Below, one piece after another: positions 39,307-49,623 of a stretch of 64,000 nt of DNA. The position numbers were made by a program, and so were the translations under genes. This stretch comes from Limnothrix sp. BL-A-16 (GTDB lineage Bacteria; Cyanobacteriota; Cyanobacteriia; CACIAM-69d), in contig CP166615.1 of NCBI GenBank assembly GCA_041937175.2, forward strand, positions 96,001 through 160,000, written 5' to 3'. The notes below the pieces were generated by a model. That model saw only the letters and a list, made by a program, of their open reading frames with translations. It was not told where the DNA came from and made no database searches. How positions within the stretch are numbered: the first letter of the stretch is position 1; the number at the start of each line of letters is the position of its first letter.

Positions 39307-40836
39307 ATGAGTCGTCGCTCCCAAGATGCCCCATTACTGATTACGGCCCTGTTCATGTCCTTGGCCCTGTTGGGTGGGGGCTATTGGTTGGTGCGATCGA
39401 ACGGGCTTTTGGGCAGCGAGAGTCCAACCCCATCGACCACCCATAATCCCCAAGGGGGGCCGGCCCCGTCCTTGAGCAGTGGCGAGCAGGTTTTGTTGGC
39501 AGATTCGCCCGATAAGTTGGCGGCGGCAGCGGCGGGGCAAGCTGGAGATCCAACCCAGGCGATCGCCCTGTTGCGCAAAAGTTTGCAGCAGCGGCCCAAC
39601 GATCCGGAAGCCCTGATTTATTTGAATAATTGGCTGGCGCGGGAGGCTCCGCAGCGGACGATCGCCGTGGTTGTACCGGCGGCTAATTTGCCCGATGTGG
39701 CCAAGGAGTTGCTGCGGGGAGTGGCGCAGGCCCAAGCCCAGTGGAATCAGGGCGATCGGGAGCGATCCGGCCCGAAGCCTGCCTGGCGATTGCGAGTGGT
39801 GATTGCGGATGACAGCAACAACCCGGTCACCGCCAAAGCCGTGGCCGAAACCCTCGCGGCAGATCCTCGGGTGTTGGGGGTGGTGGGCCATTTCAGCTCC
39901 ACCACTTCGCTGGCGGCGGCTGGGGTTTATCAACGGGCTGGGCTGCCGATGATTTCCCCTTCCAGCACGGCGGTGACCCTTAGTGGGTTGGGGGATGCGG
40001 TGTTGCGAACGGTTCCGAGCGATCGACAGGCGGGACAAGCCCTAGCGATGGTGGCCCGTCAGCAGTTGAAACTGGCGCGTGTCTCGGTATTTTACAACCC
40101 CAAAAGCGCCTATAGCCAATCCCTGAAAACGGAATTTGTGCAACAGTTCATGGCCGACGGCCAGGGCCAGGTGCAGTTGCAGGAAATGGGTTCCGATCCG
40201 ATCGATGCGCAACGGGCGATCGGTCAGGCCCAATCGTTCAAAACGGAGGGCTTGGTGCTGTTTGGGGAACGCCAAAGCCAGGGTAGTGAGGGGTTAGTGC
40301 TCTTGGGCGATCGCTCAACGCTGCCCTCAGCTCTGGCCATCGTGGAAGCCAATCAAGGGCGGCTGCCGGTGTTGGGGGGCGATTCCATTTATTCACTGGA
40401 TTTGCTGAAGTTGGGAGCCAGTGCCCAGGGCACTATTCTGGCGATTCCCTGGCATTCGGATTTGCCCCAATCGCTGGATTTTGCCAAGGCCATGCGTCGT
40501 CGTTGGGGTGGGGATGTGAATTGGCGAACGGCGATGGCCTACGATGCGGCCCAGGCTTTAATTCAAGCGATTGATCAGGAAATTACTCAAAAGCCAGATC
40601 AAAAACCAAATCAAAAACCGGTTTCCAGCAGCAATCTGAACGAGGCCCAAGACCCCACGCGATCGGCTGTAAAGGCTGCGTTGCATCGGGCCGACTTCCA
40701 AGCGGCGGGGGCTTCCGCTGCCGTGCGCTTTGCCACCACGGGCGATCGCTCATTACCCCTCGTGCTAATTACGGTACGGGAGGGCAATCGATCGGGCACG
40801 GGGTTTGATTTCCGGTTGTTGAATCCTGGCCCCTAA
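39307..40836 (+). CDS. Membrane-anchored LivJ/branched-chain amino acid-type substrate-binding protein with TPR-like segment
   Basis: N-terminal TM, NDPEALIYLNN, LLRGVAQAQ, VVGHFSS, ISPSSTA, RTVPSD, VNWRTAMAYDA. Confidence 0.85.
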   Translation: MSRRSQDAPLLITALFMSLALLGGGYWLVRSNGLLGSESPTPSTTHNPQGGPAPSLSSGEQVLLADSPDKLAAAAAGQAGDPTQAIALLRKSLQQRPNDPEALIYLNNWLAREAPQRTIAVVVPAANLPDVAKELLRGVAQAQAQWNQGDRERSGPKPAWRLRVVIADDSNNPVTAKAVAETLAADPRVLGVVGHFSSTTSLAAAGVYQRAGLPMISPSSTAVTLSGLGDAVLRTVPSDRQAGQALAMVARQQLKLARVSVFYNPKSAYSQSLKTEFVQQFMADGQGQVQLQEMGSDPIDAQRAIGQAQSFKTEGLVLFGERQSQGSEGLVLLGDRSTLPSALAIVEANQGRLPVLGGDSIYSLDLLKLGASAQGTILAIPWHSDLPQSLDFAKAMRRRWGGDVNWRTAMAYDAAQALIQAIDQEITQKPDQKPNQKPVSSSNLNEAQDPTRSAVKAALHRADFQAAGASAAVRFATTGDRSLPLVLITVREGNRSGTGFDFRLLNPGP

Positions 40837-40847
40837 ATTGCCCACTT

Positions 40848-41768
40848 CTAGGGATCGGTTCCATCAGTCGATTCGGAATTGATCGCATGGGAATCGATCG
40901 GGCTATGGCCCACGGCCTTGGCCCGCCAGCCTTGGAACAAAACCCCCTGACGCGGGCTAAACAACAGCGACAACACAAAGAACCCGGAAGCCACCAGCAC
41001 GATCGCCGGCCCCGAAGGCAAATTGAAAAAATAACTGAGATACAGCCCCGCCACACTGGAGCAACAACCCAACAGGGCCCCCAGCCCCATCATTTGGTGC
41101 AGCCGAGGCACGAGCAAATAGGCCGTGGCCGGCGGCGTAATCAACAGGGCCAACACCAACACCACCCCCACCGCCTTCATGCTGGCCACAATCGTGATGG
41201 CGATCGCGGTGGTTAGGCCCCAATCGAGCCAACGGACAGGTAAGCCCGCCGCCTGGGCCCCGAGGCGATCGAACGTATAAAAGTGCAGTTCCTTATAGCA
41301 AAGGGCGATCGCCCCGAGCACTAGCGCCGCCGCCAATCCCGTATCCCACAGGTCGCCGCTGGTCACCGCCAAGAGATTGCCAAACAGGAAATGATTGAGA
41401 TCGATTTTGTTGTCTTTTTGGATCGTGGTGATCAACACAATCCCCAGGGCGAAAAAGGCCGAAAGGACAATGCCCATGGCCGCATCTTCCTTGAGGGGCG
41501 ATCGATTGCGGATAAAGTCAATGGCTGCCGCGCTCACCAACCCAGCCACCAGGGCCCCTAGGAACAAGCTGCCACCCATGGCAAAGGCGATCGCCAAACC
41601 CACCAACAGCGAATGGCTGATGGCATCGCCCAATAGGGCCATGCGCTGCACCAAAAGATAGCTACCCGTGCAGGCACAAAGCAAGCCCACCACCACCGCT
41701 GCCACCAACGATCGCTGAAAAAAGTTGTATTGCAGCGGTTCCGCCAGGGCTTGCAGCAGCCCGTCCAT
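40848..41768 (-). CDS. mntB: Mn/Zn ABC transporter permease
   Basis: RMALLGDAISHS, EDAAMGIV, HFLFGN, VGVVLVLALLITP. Confidence 0.88.
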   Translation of the reverse strand: MDGLLQALAEPLQYNFFQRSLVAAVVVGLLCACTGSYLLVQRMALLGDAISHSLLVGLAIAFAMGGSLFLGALVAGLVSAAAIDFIRNRSPLKEDAAMGIVLSAFFALGIVLITTIQKDNKIDLNHFLFGNLLAVTSGDLWDTGLAAALVLGAIALCYKELHFYTFDRLGAQAAGLPVRWLDWGLTTAIAITIVASMKAVGVVLVLALLITPPATAYLLVPRLHQMMGLGALLGCCSSVAGLYLSYFFNLPSGPAIVLVASGFFVLSLLFSPRQGVLFQGWRAKAVGHSPIDSHAINSESTDGTDP

Positions 41769-42511
41769 TAGGCAGCCTCCTGAAAAAATTTCACCCGGCT
41801 GCCATAGGCCCGTTGCAAATTCAGGTCATTCAACACCGCCGCCCGATCGCCTGCGGCCACCAGTTGGCGATTCAACAGCACCAAATCATCGAAATGGGTA
41901 ATCGACTCGCCCAAGTCATGATTCACCACCATCACCACCTTGCCGTCTTGGGCCAGTTCCCGAAACAGGTCAAACAAGATGGCCTCATTGCGCCGATCGA
42001 CCCCCACGAAGGGTTCATCAAAACAAAACACGTCCGCTTCTTGGGCGATCGAGCGGGCTAAAAACACCCGCTGCTGTTGCCCTCCCGATAGCTGAGCGAT
42101 CGGGCGATCGCGCAATTCCCACAGGCCCACCCGCTCCAGGGCCGCCCGAGCCGCTTGGCGGCTGGTGTTGGAAAAGGGCCGCAGCCAGCCCGTTTTGCGT
42201 GTTCGCCCCATCAACACCACATCCCAAACCGTGGCCGGGTAATCCAAATCCACCTGCGATCGTTGGGCCACATAGGCCACGCGATCGAGCTGTTGTTGCA
42301 AAGGGCGATCGCCATAGACCACCCGCCCCGCCGCGATCGGCACCAGACCCAGCATGGCCTTCATCAGGGTGCTTTTGCCCGCCCCATTGGGCCCCACCAC
42401 GCCCGTCAGCCGCCCGGGCTGGATGCGCAAACTCACATCCAGCAGCGCCTGCACACCGCGATAGGCAGCATTTAAGTGGTCAATTTCGATCGCATGAGTG
42501 CTCATCATCAT
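41768..42511 (-). CDS. mntA: Mn/Zn ABC transporter ATP-binding protein
   Basis: GPNGAGKST, LSGGQQQRVFLAR, FDEPFVGVD; stop overlaps the permease start. Confidence 0.88.
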   Translation of the reverse strand: MMMSTHAIEIDHLNAAYRGVQALLDVSLRIQPGRLTGVVGPNGAGKSTLMKAMLGLVPIAAGRVVYGDRPLQQQLDRVAYVAQRSQVDLDYPATVWDVVLMGRTRKTGWLRPFSNTSRQAARAALERVGLWELRDRPIAQLSGGQQQRVFLARSIAQEADVFCFDEPFVGVDRRNEAILFDLFRELAQDGKVVMVVNHDLGESITHFDDLVLLNRQLVAAGDRAAVLNDLNLQRAYGSRVKFFQEAA

Positions 42512-42616
42512 TGGAGTTGGGCCCATGGGCAAAAAAAGTCCAGATCAAATCGTGCGAAATGACCTGAACCCGATCTAGCAGCTACCTACCTCTCACGATA
42601 TCAAACCGAGAAAGAT

Positions 42617-42658
42617 CATGAAAAGATTATGAATACAATTATGAAATAATAATGAAAG
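42617..42658. promoter_or_regulatory. ManR-type direct-repeat operator in the divergent mntAB/mntC promoter
   Basis: ATGAA units at 42618, 42629, 42641, 42652 (11/12/11 spacing): CATGAAAAGATTATGAATA...TATGAAATAATAATGAAAG. Confidence 0.7.
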
Positions 42659-42789
42659 TTACGTCAAGCCCTCCCAGCGCTCTGATTGGGGCCCAGGCTA
42701 CGGGCCCTTGGGCAAAACACCGCGATCGGGCTGGGGTTGGCCCCGGTCTTGCTGGCGGTGGCTTGATGATGGCAATGGAGAAATGGCAC

Positions 42790-43905
42790 ATGATTCGACC
42801 CTTAGAACCCCGAAAACCACGGCAGCAATTACGCCAGCAATTACGCCAGCAATCACCACTGGCATCACCGCGAAAACACCACACAACCGGCCAGCCCTCG
42901 ATCGGGCAGCGGGGCTCCGGTTTTTCCTGGGGGCGATGGCTGGGCAGCTTGGGGATTGGGGTCTTGCTGGTGAGCTGTGGGTTAGGAGAACGACCCAGCG
43001 GGCCCGATCGGCCCACGGTGGTGGTTACCAGCACGATTTTGACGGACTTAACCCAACGGGTGGCGGGTGATGAAGTGATCGTGAAAGGCTTGCTCAGACC
43101 CGGTGACGATCCCCACCTCTATGAACCCGTGCCGCGCGATACGGTGGCGATCGAGCGGGCAGACCGCATTTTTTACAACGGCTATAACCTGGAGCCGGGG
43201 ATTATTAAGCTGATTCAATCTTCGGGGCAGACGGCTAAGGCCGTGGCGATCGGGGAGCGAGTGCCGGCCCTCACCCTACCCAAAGAGGGCGCAACGGTTC
43301 CGGATCCCCATGTGTGGGGCAGCGCCCGCAATGGCATGGTGATGGTGATGGCGATTCGGGATGAATTAAGCAAGCTTTCCCCGGGCGATCGGGCGGCGTT
43401 TGTGGCCAATGCCGATCGGTTGTTGGGGGAACTCCAGCAGCTTGATCAATGGATCGGTAACCAAATTCAAACCATTCCCACCGCCCAGCGACGACTGGTG
43501 ACCACCCACGATGCCTTTCAGTACTATGCCCAAGCCTACAAAATTCCGGTGCTCGGAACCCTGATTGGCATTAGCACCGAGGAGCAACCCAGCGCCCAAA
43601 CCATGGCCCGGATGGCGGCGGCCATTCGCCAAGCCAAAGTGCCGGCGATTTTTGCAGAAACGACCATTAACCCGGCTTTGATTGAGACGGTGGCGGCGGA
43701 AAGTGGTGCCACCCTGGCTCCCGACAAGCTCTATGCGGATTCGATCGGGGTGGCTGGGGGGCCGGCCGAGAGCTACGTGAAGATGTTGGCGCAAAATACG
43801 CGGTCGATCGTGCGGGCCTTGGGTGGGCACGATCGACCCTTTGCGCCGAGCCTTGCGCCCGCCAGCGCGCCCACTCCCTCAAGCGCCCCAGCCACGCCGC
43901 GTTAG
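42790..43905 (+). CDS. mntC: Mn-type metal ABC transporter substrate-binding lipoprotein
   Basis: LLVSC lipobox; DPHLY, DPHVW, THDAFQY, TEEQPS, LYADS (His/His/Glu/Asp set); start uncertain, the ATG at 42652 lies inside the operator. Confidence 0.85.
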   Translation: MIRPLEPRKPRQQLRQQLRQQSPLASPRKHHTTGQPSIGQRGSGFSWGRWLGSLGIGVLLVSCGLGERPSGPDRPTVVVTSTILTDLTQRVAGDEVIVKGLLRPGDDPHLYEPVPRDTVAIERADRIFYNGYNLEPGIIKLIQSSGQTAKAVAIGERVPALTLPKEGATVPDPHVWGSARNGMVMVMAIRDELSKLSPGDRAAFVANADRLLGELQQLDQWIGNQIQTIPTAQRRLVTTHDAFQYYAQAYKIPVLGTLIGISTEEQPSAQTMARMAAAIRQAKVPAIFAETTINPALIETVAAESGATLAPDKLYADSIGVAGGPAESYVKMLAQNTRSIVRALGGHDRPFAPSLAPASAPTPSSAPATPR

Positions 43906-43945
43906 GCTGGCTGAAGGGGTTAATCAACAGCCAAACTGCAACCGC

Positions 43946-46414
43946 TCAGGTGCGGCAACTGGGCGGCAGGGGCAGCAACACCGGCAGCCGAATCACGAAT
44001 TCTGTGCCCCATTCCGGGTCGGAAGTCCAGTCGATCGTGCCGCCGTGATTTTCCACCACAATTTGATAGGTGATGGACAGGCCCAAGCCCGTGCCGCGAC
44101 CCACGGGCTTGGTGGTGAAGAAGGGATTAAACAGATGGGGGCGAATGTCGTCAGAAATCCCATAGCCCGAATCACGAATGGCAATTTCCGCGATCGATTG
44201 GGGGCCGTTGCTCAACAGGCGAGTGCTGATTTTCAAGATGGCGGGCCGATCGATCGACTCCATCGCATCGATGGCATTGCCAATCAGGTTCATCAACACC
44301 TGGGCCATTTGCCCCCCATGGCAGGTCACCAGGGGCAATTCTCCCCGATCGATCTCCAATTGAATGCCCCCAAACCGCCCATTGGGTTCCAGCCGGTGGC
44401 GCAGGAGGGTGAGGGTTTCGTCCAAGCATTCGTGAAGATTGGTGGGTTTCATCCCTGCCCGATCGAGGCGAGCAAAGTTGCGCAGGGAAAGGACAATTTG
44501 CCGAATGCGCTCCGCCGCTAGCCCCATGGCTTCCAGGAGTTTGGTGAAGTCTTGGCGAACAAAGGTTAAATCAATGTCCCGCAACAGTTGGTCGATCGCC
44601 TCGTGGGCTTCGGGATAGGTCGATCGATAGGTGTCAATTACCCTCAGCAATTCCGCCAAATATTGCCGGGCATATTTCAAATTGCCATGGACAACGGCGA
44701 TCGGGTTGTTGATTTCGTGGGCAATGCCGGCCACCATTTGCCCCAGGCTGGACATCTTTTCGCTTTGGAACAGTTGCATTTGGGTGGACTGCAACTCATC
44801 CAGGGCTTGGGCCAGGCGATTGGCCTGGTCGCGGGCTTGGCGGGCCTTGTCTTGGGCATCGGTGTAGAGGGCCGCTTGATCCAGGGCGATCGCCAATTGG
44901 TCGCACACCCCCCGCAACAGGCCCACCTCGCTTTCGCTCCAAATCCGATCGCCCCGATGCTCCACACAGGCCACCGCCCCCAAAAAGGTGGTGCGGCTGC
45001 CCTGAACCGGCAAAATCAGCGCGGCCCCCGCCGACAGTTGCGCCAAAAATTCCTGCACCGTAATTGCCGCCGGCCGCACCACCTCATCGGTGCAAACAAT
45101 TTCCCACTGCAACAGCAACGGCGCGACTCCCGCCGCCAAGCCATGTAACTGCTTGCCCACAAAGCTCGGTAGACTGCCCTGGGCCGACTCGGCCGCCACT
45201 TCCCAATAGGATTGCTCCAGGAAGGTCACATCCTTGTTCACCGGCCGGGGGCAATAGTTCAAAAACAAGCAGCGATCAACATGCAGCAGCGATCGAATCT
45301 CCTGCACCGCCGCTTGCAAAACCACTTCCACATCCAGGGATTGGCGAATTTGCCCCGCCAACCGAAACAGCAGCGCCTCCCGCCGCGACATCAAGGCCTC
45401 GCGGGCCCAAGCCCGGTCAATGGCCATGGCCAAGACGCTGGCAATCCAACCCAGGGCCCCATGCTCCGCCGACACCATGGGCCGCCGCCCAAACAGGGCC
45501 ATCACCCCCACCAGTTGGTCATCCACAATCAGGGGATAGCCCGCAAAGGCCACAACCTGCTCACTGTCGAGCCAATCGCGGGCCTCAAAGTTGGGGTCGG
45601 TGGCGGTGCAGTTGGTCAGGTAGGGTTGGCGACTCTGGGCGATCGCCCCCACCAGGGAAGCCCCGATCGGGATATAGGTGGGAAATTCCGCCACCAGGGA
45701 ATGTTGGCCGGCTGAGGCCCGCAACTCCAGCAACCGCGCCTCCCGGTTATAGGTCCAAACCCGCACAAAGGGCACTTGCAGGGCCCCGGCGATCGTTTGG
45801 GTGCAGCGTTGCAACACTTCCGACAACGATCCCCCAGACGCAAGGGCCGCCCCCACTTCCGCCTCCAGCTTGGACAGCCGGGCCCGCTCAATCAACACTC
45901 GATCGGCCAAGCGCCGTTCCGTGATGTCGTGGCAGTTCACCACAATGCCGCGCACGGCCGAATCGTCCAGCAGATTGGTGGTGACCGCATCAAAAAAACG
46001 CCAAGAGCCGTCCCCATGGCGCACGCGATAATCCGACAGCCGTTGACTCACGCCGGGTTGGGCCAGGGCCGCCGCGATCGTGCCTTGGACGGCGGGCAAA
46101 TCTGCCGGATGCACGAAGTTTTCGACCGGTTGCCCCACGGTTTCAGCGGAGGTGTAGCCCAAAATGCCCTCGGTGGAGGGGCTGACGTAGCGAAAAATTC
46201 CGCAACTGTCCAAAATCACTACAATATCCGTGGCTTTCTCAATCAGAGATTGAAAATTGACCTGATGCTCATCAAAGCTAGCGGCCCGGTAGGGGGGAGC
46301 CGAATCGGCCTCCGGGTGCAGAGCAATGCTCGCGTCAGGTTCTGACCGAGACGGTGGGGTCGATGGTGAGGTCGATCCAGCAGGAGATGAGGCGGTGCTG
46401 AACGGGTCGGTCAT
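43946..46414 (-). CDS. PAS-GAF-GAF sensor histidine kinase (NtrB-like HisKA/HATPase)
   Basis: PAS (YVSPS..ILGY, FVHPAD, DITERR), two GAFs, EKMSSLGQMVAGIAHEINNP, NLIGNAIDA, FNPFFTTKPVGRGTGLGL. Confidence 0.93.
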   Translation of the reverse strand: MTDPFSTASSPAGSTSPSTPPSRSEPDASIALHPEADSAPPYRAASFDEHQVNFQSLIEKATDIVVILDSCGIFRYVSPSTEGILGYTSAETVGQPVENFVHPADLPAVQGTIAAALAQPGVSQRLSDYRVRHGDGSWRFFDAVTTNLLDDSAVRGIVVNCHDITERRLADRVLIERARLSKLEAEVGAALASGGSLSEVLQRCTQTIAGALQVPFVRVWTYNREARLLELRASAGQHSLVAEFPTYIPIGASLVGAIAQSRQPYLTNCTATDPNFEARDWLDSEQVVAFAGYPLIVDDQLVGVMALFGRRPMVSAEHGALGWIASVLAMAIDRAWAREALMSRREALLFRLAGQIRQSLDVEVVLQAAVQEIRSLLHVDRCLFLNYCPRPVNKDVTFLEQSYWEVAAESAQGSLPSFVGKQLHGLAAGVAPLLLQWEIVCTDEVVRPAAITVQEFLAQLSAGAALILPVQGSRTTFLGAVACVEHRGDRIWSESEVGLLRGVCDQLAIALDQAALYTDAQDKARQARDQANRLAQALDELQSTQMQLFQSEKMSSLGQMVAGIAHEINNPIAVVHGNLKYARQYLAELLRVIDTYRSTYPEAHEAIDQLLRDIDLTFVRQDFTKLLEAMGLAAERIRQIVLSLRNFARLDRAGMKPTNLHECLDETLTLLRHRLEPNGRFGGIQLEIDRGELPLVTCHGGQMAQVLMNLIGNAIDAMESIDRPAILKISTRLLSNGPQSIAEIAIRDSGYGISDDIRPHLFNPFFTTKPVGRGTGLGLSITYQIVVENHGGTIDWTSDPEWGTEFVIRLPVLLPLPPSCRT

Positions 46415-46864
46415 GGGGCTAGGCAACAGGACTCTCGAAGGCAGGATGACGGATCCCCAGGGGCGATCGCACGGGGCGATCAACGCTTCCCATACGTTAA
46501 CAACAGTCTGAAAGGACGGCCTGAATTATTTTGGGAAGAATTGCTTTGGGAAGAATGACTTTGGGAAGTCTGTCGGGAATGATTGGGGGACTTGGCTGAA
46601 GCTGAGGAGACTGGGGCCAGCGGCTTGCGGGCATGACTCCAGGGCAATAGAGGCACAGGCGAATGGGGCAGGGCAGCACGCGATCGGCCATGGTGCAAGA
46701 GGCTTGGTTTGGGCAAGCAACAACTCCCTCAGCACAGACTAACTGAGATTACCCGGACGCTGCCGCCGAAAGTCCCGATTTCAGGGTTTTGATTAACCCA
46801 CTGAATTAAAGATGCGAACAGAGATGCAAACTGATATCTAAACCGATCCACGAACAGAAAACCG

Positions 46865-46910
46865 ATGCGGGTTGAGCAGCCTCACCAGGATGGGACTGCT
46901 CAACCCGCAT
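46865..46910. terminator. Strong stem-loop downstream of sps
   Basis: 15-bp perfect stem ATGCGGGTTGAGCAG/CTGCTCAACCCGCAT; no adjacent long U-tail. Confidence 0.55.
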
Positions 46911-47070
46911 GGATGTTGTTGGAGTTGCCCGATCCCCCATGATTTGAGCATGAGACCCTGCTAGCTTCCGTCGCAACGATCACGCTTCGGAGGCGAACCA
47001 GCGGCCGATCGAGCAATGGATTATGGGGAGGAGCGGTTTGGGGGCTTTGGTGGGTGGCCGTTAATCAGGC

Positions 47071-49377
47071 TCAAGACAAGGCCTGTTGCAGAGGCGGATG
47101 TTTAGGGCCACCGGAGCGATCGCCCGTGATGTGGTTGCCACCGAATCGGGCGATCGGGTTGGGATGCGCCAACGGGGACGAGAGCTGATCGCCAAAACCG
47201 GGAATTTGGTAATGGGCCAACCCTTCCAAAATGCCCCAGGCGTAGTGTCCTTCGGCAAAGTAGATGTTGGGATGGGTTCGCAGTCGGTCGAGTTCACGGC
47301 TGTGGTTCCCCACCACCACGGCCCGGGTGTTGCCCCGCAGCATCGAGACATCATTGCCCGAATCGCCCGCCACCAGCAGGTTGTTAATCAGGAACCCCCA
47401 CTTCAGGGCACAGTAGCGAAGGGCATCGCCCTTGGAGGCACGCCAGGGCAAAATGTCTAGATATTGCCCGTGGGAGCTAATCAGCCGAACATTTAGCCCT
47501 TGACGGCGCAGATATTGGCGAATTTGGCGAATTTGGGGCGCAATCTGCGGATCAATCCAATAGCTGATTTTGTGCGATCGCTGGTTGGCCTCGGGTTGCA
47601 ACACCAGGCCTTCCATATCGTTCAAGGCGGTGCGGATGGCGTTGGGTTGCCAATTGTGGCTGATGTATTGTCGCCAACGGGTGTCGGGAACCAGGTCGGG
47701 GCCATAGTGAATTTCGCTGCCAACGGCCGTGATCAACACATCCGGGAGCGGAACTTGCCAATCTTGCAGGGTTTCGAGGGCGCTGGGCAGGGTGCGCCCG
47801 GTGGCCACACCAAACCCGATCGCCCGATCGCCCACCAGCAACTGGGCCAAGAGCTGATCGAGTCCTTCGCGATCGCCAATCAGGGTGTTGTCAATGTCGG
47901 AAATGAAGAGATGTTCTGCCTGAATCAGCGGATTCGTGGAAACCTCCCGTCGCTCGCGATGGGCCGGGGTGGTGACACTGAGGGCGCTGCCCACACGCAA
48001 TGCCTTGGGTTGCAACAGTTGGCGAACCTGTTGCAGATATTTTTCCGTGTGAGCTTCCCAGGAAAAGGTGCGCCGCACGCCCGCCAAACCTTGCTCAGAC
48101 CACTGTTGCCAACGATTGGGCTGGGTCAAGGCTTGGTAAAGAGCCGATCGAATTTGGTCAAGATCCAACGGATCCACCAACTGCCCATTGGCACAGGCCG
48201 CTAGAATATCGCGCGGGCCGCCATCATTGGTGGCTACCACCGGCAAACCGCTGGCCGCCGCCTCAATCAGCGTTAAGCCAAAGGGTTCCGTTAGGGCTGG
48301 ATTAATGAACACGCCCCGAGTTTGGGTGGCCAGGCGATATAAATCCGCCACATCGGTGCTGTGGTGTTGTTTGGGATAGGCCACCTTGCCGTAGAGATCG
48401 TAGCGATCGATCAACAGCATCAGTTCCGTCATCACCTGCCTGGGGCCCGGCTCCATGGCGGCAATGTCCGTGCGGCTGCCCAGCACCAACACCAGGTTGG
48501 CCAAGGATTGCAATTCCGGCGACTCGCCATAGGCCTGTACCAAACTGGCCACGTTCTTGCGCCGTTCCGCCCGCGACAGGGCCAAGATGATCGGCTTCTG
48601 TGGATTGGTGAGGAATCGATCGAGCTGGGCCTGGATCGGTGGGGTGGGCCATTGGGCCGGTGGTGGATAAAACTGCTGAAGCTCCGTGCCCGGCGGAATC
48701 ACCACCATTCGATCGGGCTGGTAATTGTCATAAACCTGATATTGCTCCTGCACTTCCTGTTGCGTGCTGGCCACAATCAAACTGGCACTGGCCAGGGTGA
48801 CTTCCTCCGCTTCAATGCGGGTGTTGAAGTGAAACTGCTCCTCCAGGGCGGCCGGTTTGCTGCCCTGCTCCAACATCCGCTGCAACTTCACCCGTCCCAG
48901 TGAATGGCCCGTGTGCACCAGGGGCACCCCCAGCCACCCGGCCACCCGGGATCCCACATAGCCCGCATCGGCGTAGTGGCTGTGAATCAAATCTGGCGTG
49001 CGGCCCACCGTCCGCAGGTAGCGCAAGACTTCATCGGCAAAGATATCGAGATGGGGCCAAAGTACCTCCTTGCGCAGATAGCGACGCGGCCCGGCCGACA
49101 GCCGAACGATTTGCGATTTGGGGCTGAGGGGTTCAATGGGCTGGGCATAGTCGGCGCTCACTTTCGGGTCTTGGATACGGCGAGTGATGAGATCGACCCG
49201 ATCGATTTCTGGGCGCTGGGCGAGCGATCGCGCCAGCTCCACCACGTACTTGGTTTGACCACCCGTATCAGCATCGCGGCCCAGTTCCAAATTGCTGCCC
49301 CGCAGCAAGCCGTGAATGCTAATGGTGACGATATACAGGTTTTTCAAGTCAGTCATGGTTCTGTTGGAATCCTCCAT
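47071..49377 (-). CDS. spsA: Bidomain sucrose-phosphate synthase (GT4 + HAD SPP-like domain)
   Basis: SIHGL, DADTGGQTKYV, HSHYADAG, HTGHSLG, EPFGLTLIEA; C-terminal SDIDNT, ASKG, GDSGND. Confidence 0.95.
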   Translation of the reverse strand: MEDSNRTMTDLKNLYIVTISIHGLLRGSNLELGRDADTGGQTKYVVELARSLAQRPEIDRVDLITRRIQDPKVSADYAQPIEPLSPKSQIVRLSAGPRRYLRKEVLWPHLDIFADEVLRYLRTVGRTPDLIHSHYADAGYVGSRVAGWLGVPLVHTGHSLGRVKLQRMLEQGSKPAALEEQFHFNTRIEAEEVTLASASLIVASTQQEVQEQYQVYDNYQPDRMVVIPPGTELQQFYPPPAQWPTPPIQAQLDRFLTNPQKPIILALSRAERRKNVASLVQAYGESPELQSLANLVLVLGSRTDIAAMEPGPRQVMTELMLLIDRYDLYGKVAYPKQHHSTDVADLYRLATQTRGVFINPALTEPFGLTLIEAAASGLPVVATNDGGPRDILAACANGQLVDPLDLDQIRSALYQALTQPNRWQQWSEQGLAGVRRTFSWEAHTEKYLQQVRQLLQPKALRVGSALSVTTPAHRERREVSTNPLIQAEHLFISDIDNTLIGDREGLDQLLAQLLVGDRAIGFGVATGRTLPSALETLQDWQVPLPDVLITAVGSEIHYGPDLVPDTRWRQYISHNWQPNAIRTALNDMEGLVLQPEANQRSHKISYWIDPQIAPQIRQIRQYLRRQGLNVRLISSHGQYLDILPWRASKGDALRYCALKWGFLINNLLVAGDSGNDVSMLRGNTRAVVVGNHSRELDRLRTHPNIYFAEGHYAWGILEGLAHYQIPGFGDQLSSPLAHPNPIARFGGNHITGDRSGGPKHPPLQQALS

Positions 49378-49623
49378 GAGCAGCTCGTTCTTCAGCGGTG
49401 GGTGATAGTAAATGCCCCCTGAGCGCTGAATCGGGCCTTGAGTAACTCGGCAACTGACAGTGCAACGAATGGTTGAACGACCGGCCGAAACATGCCGCTC
49501 GGCCTCTCCAGCATAACCAGCGAATTTTGAGTAGCTTGGAGGGGTTACCCGAACCTCAAATTGCCCAGCGATCGGTTAAGCACCGGCCACAGGGCGATAA
49601 GTTTCCGCTAAGGATTTGCATTT

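Noticed and set aside
44850..45900. Cyanobacteriochrome/phytochrome GAF in the histidine kinase
   Set aside because: No DxCF/DIP or CH chromophore-binding motifs visible
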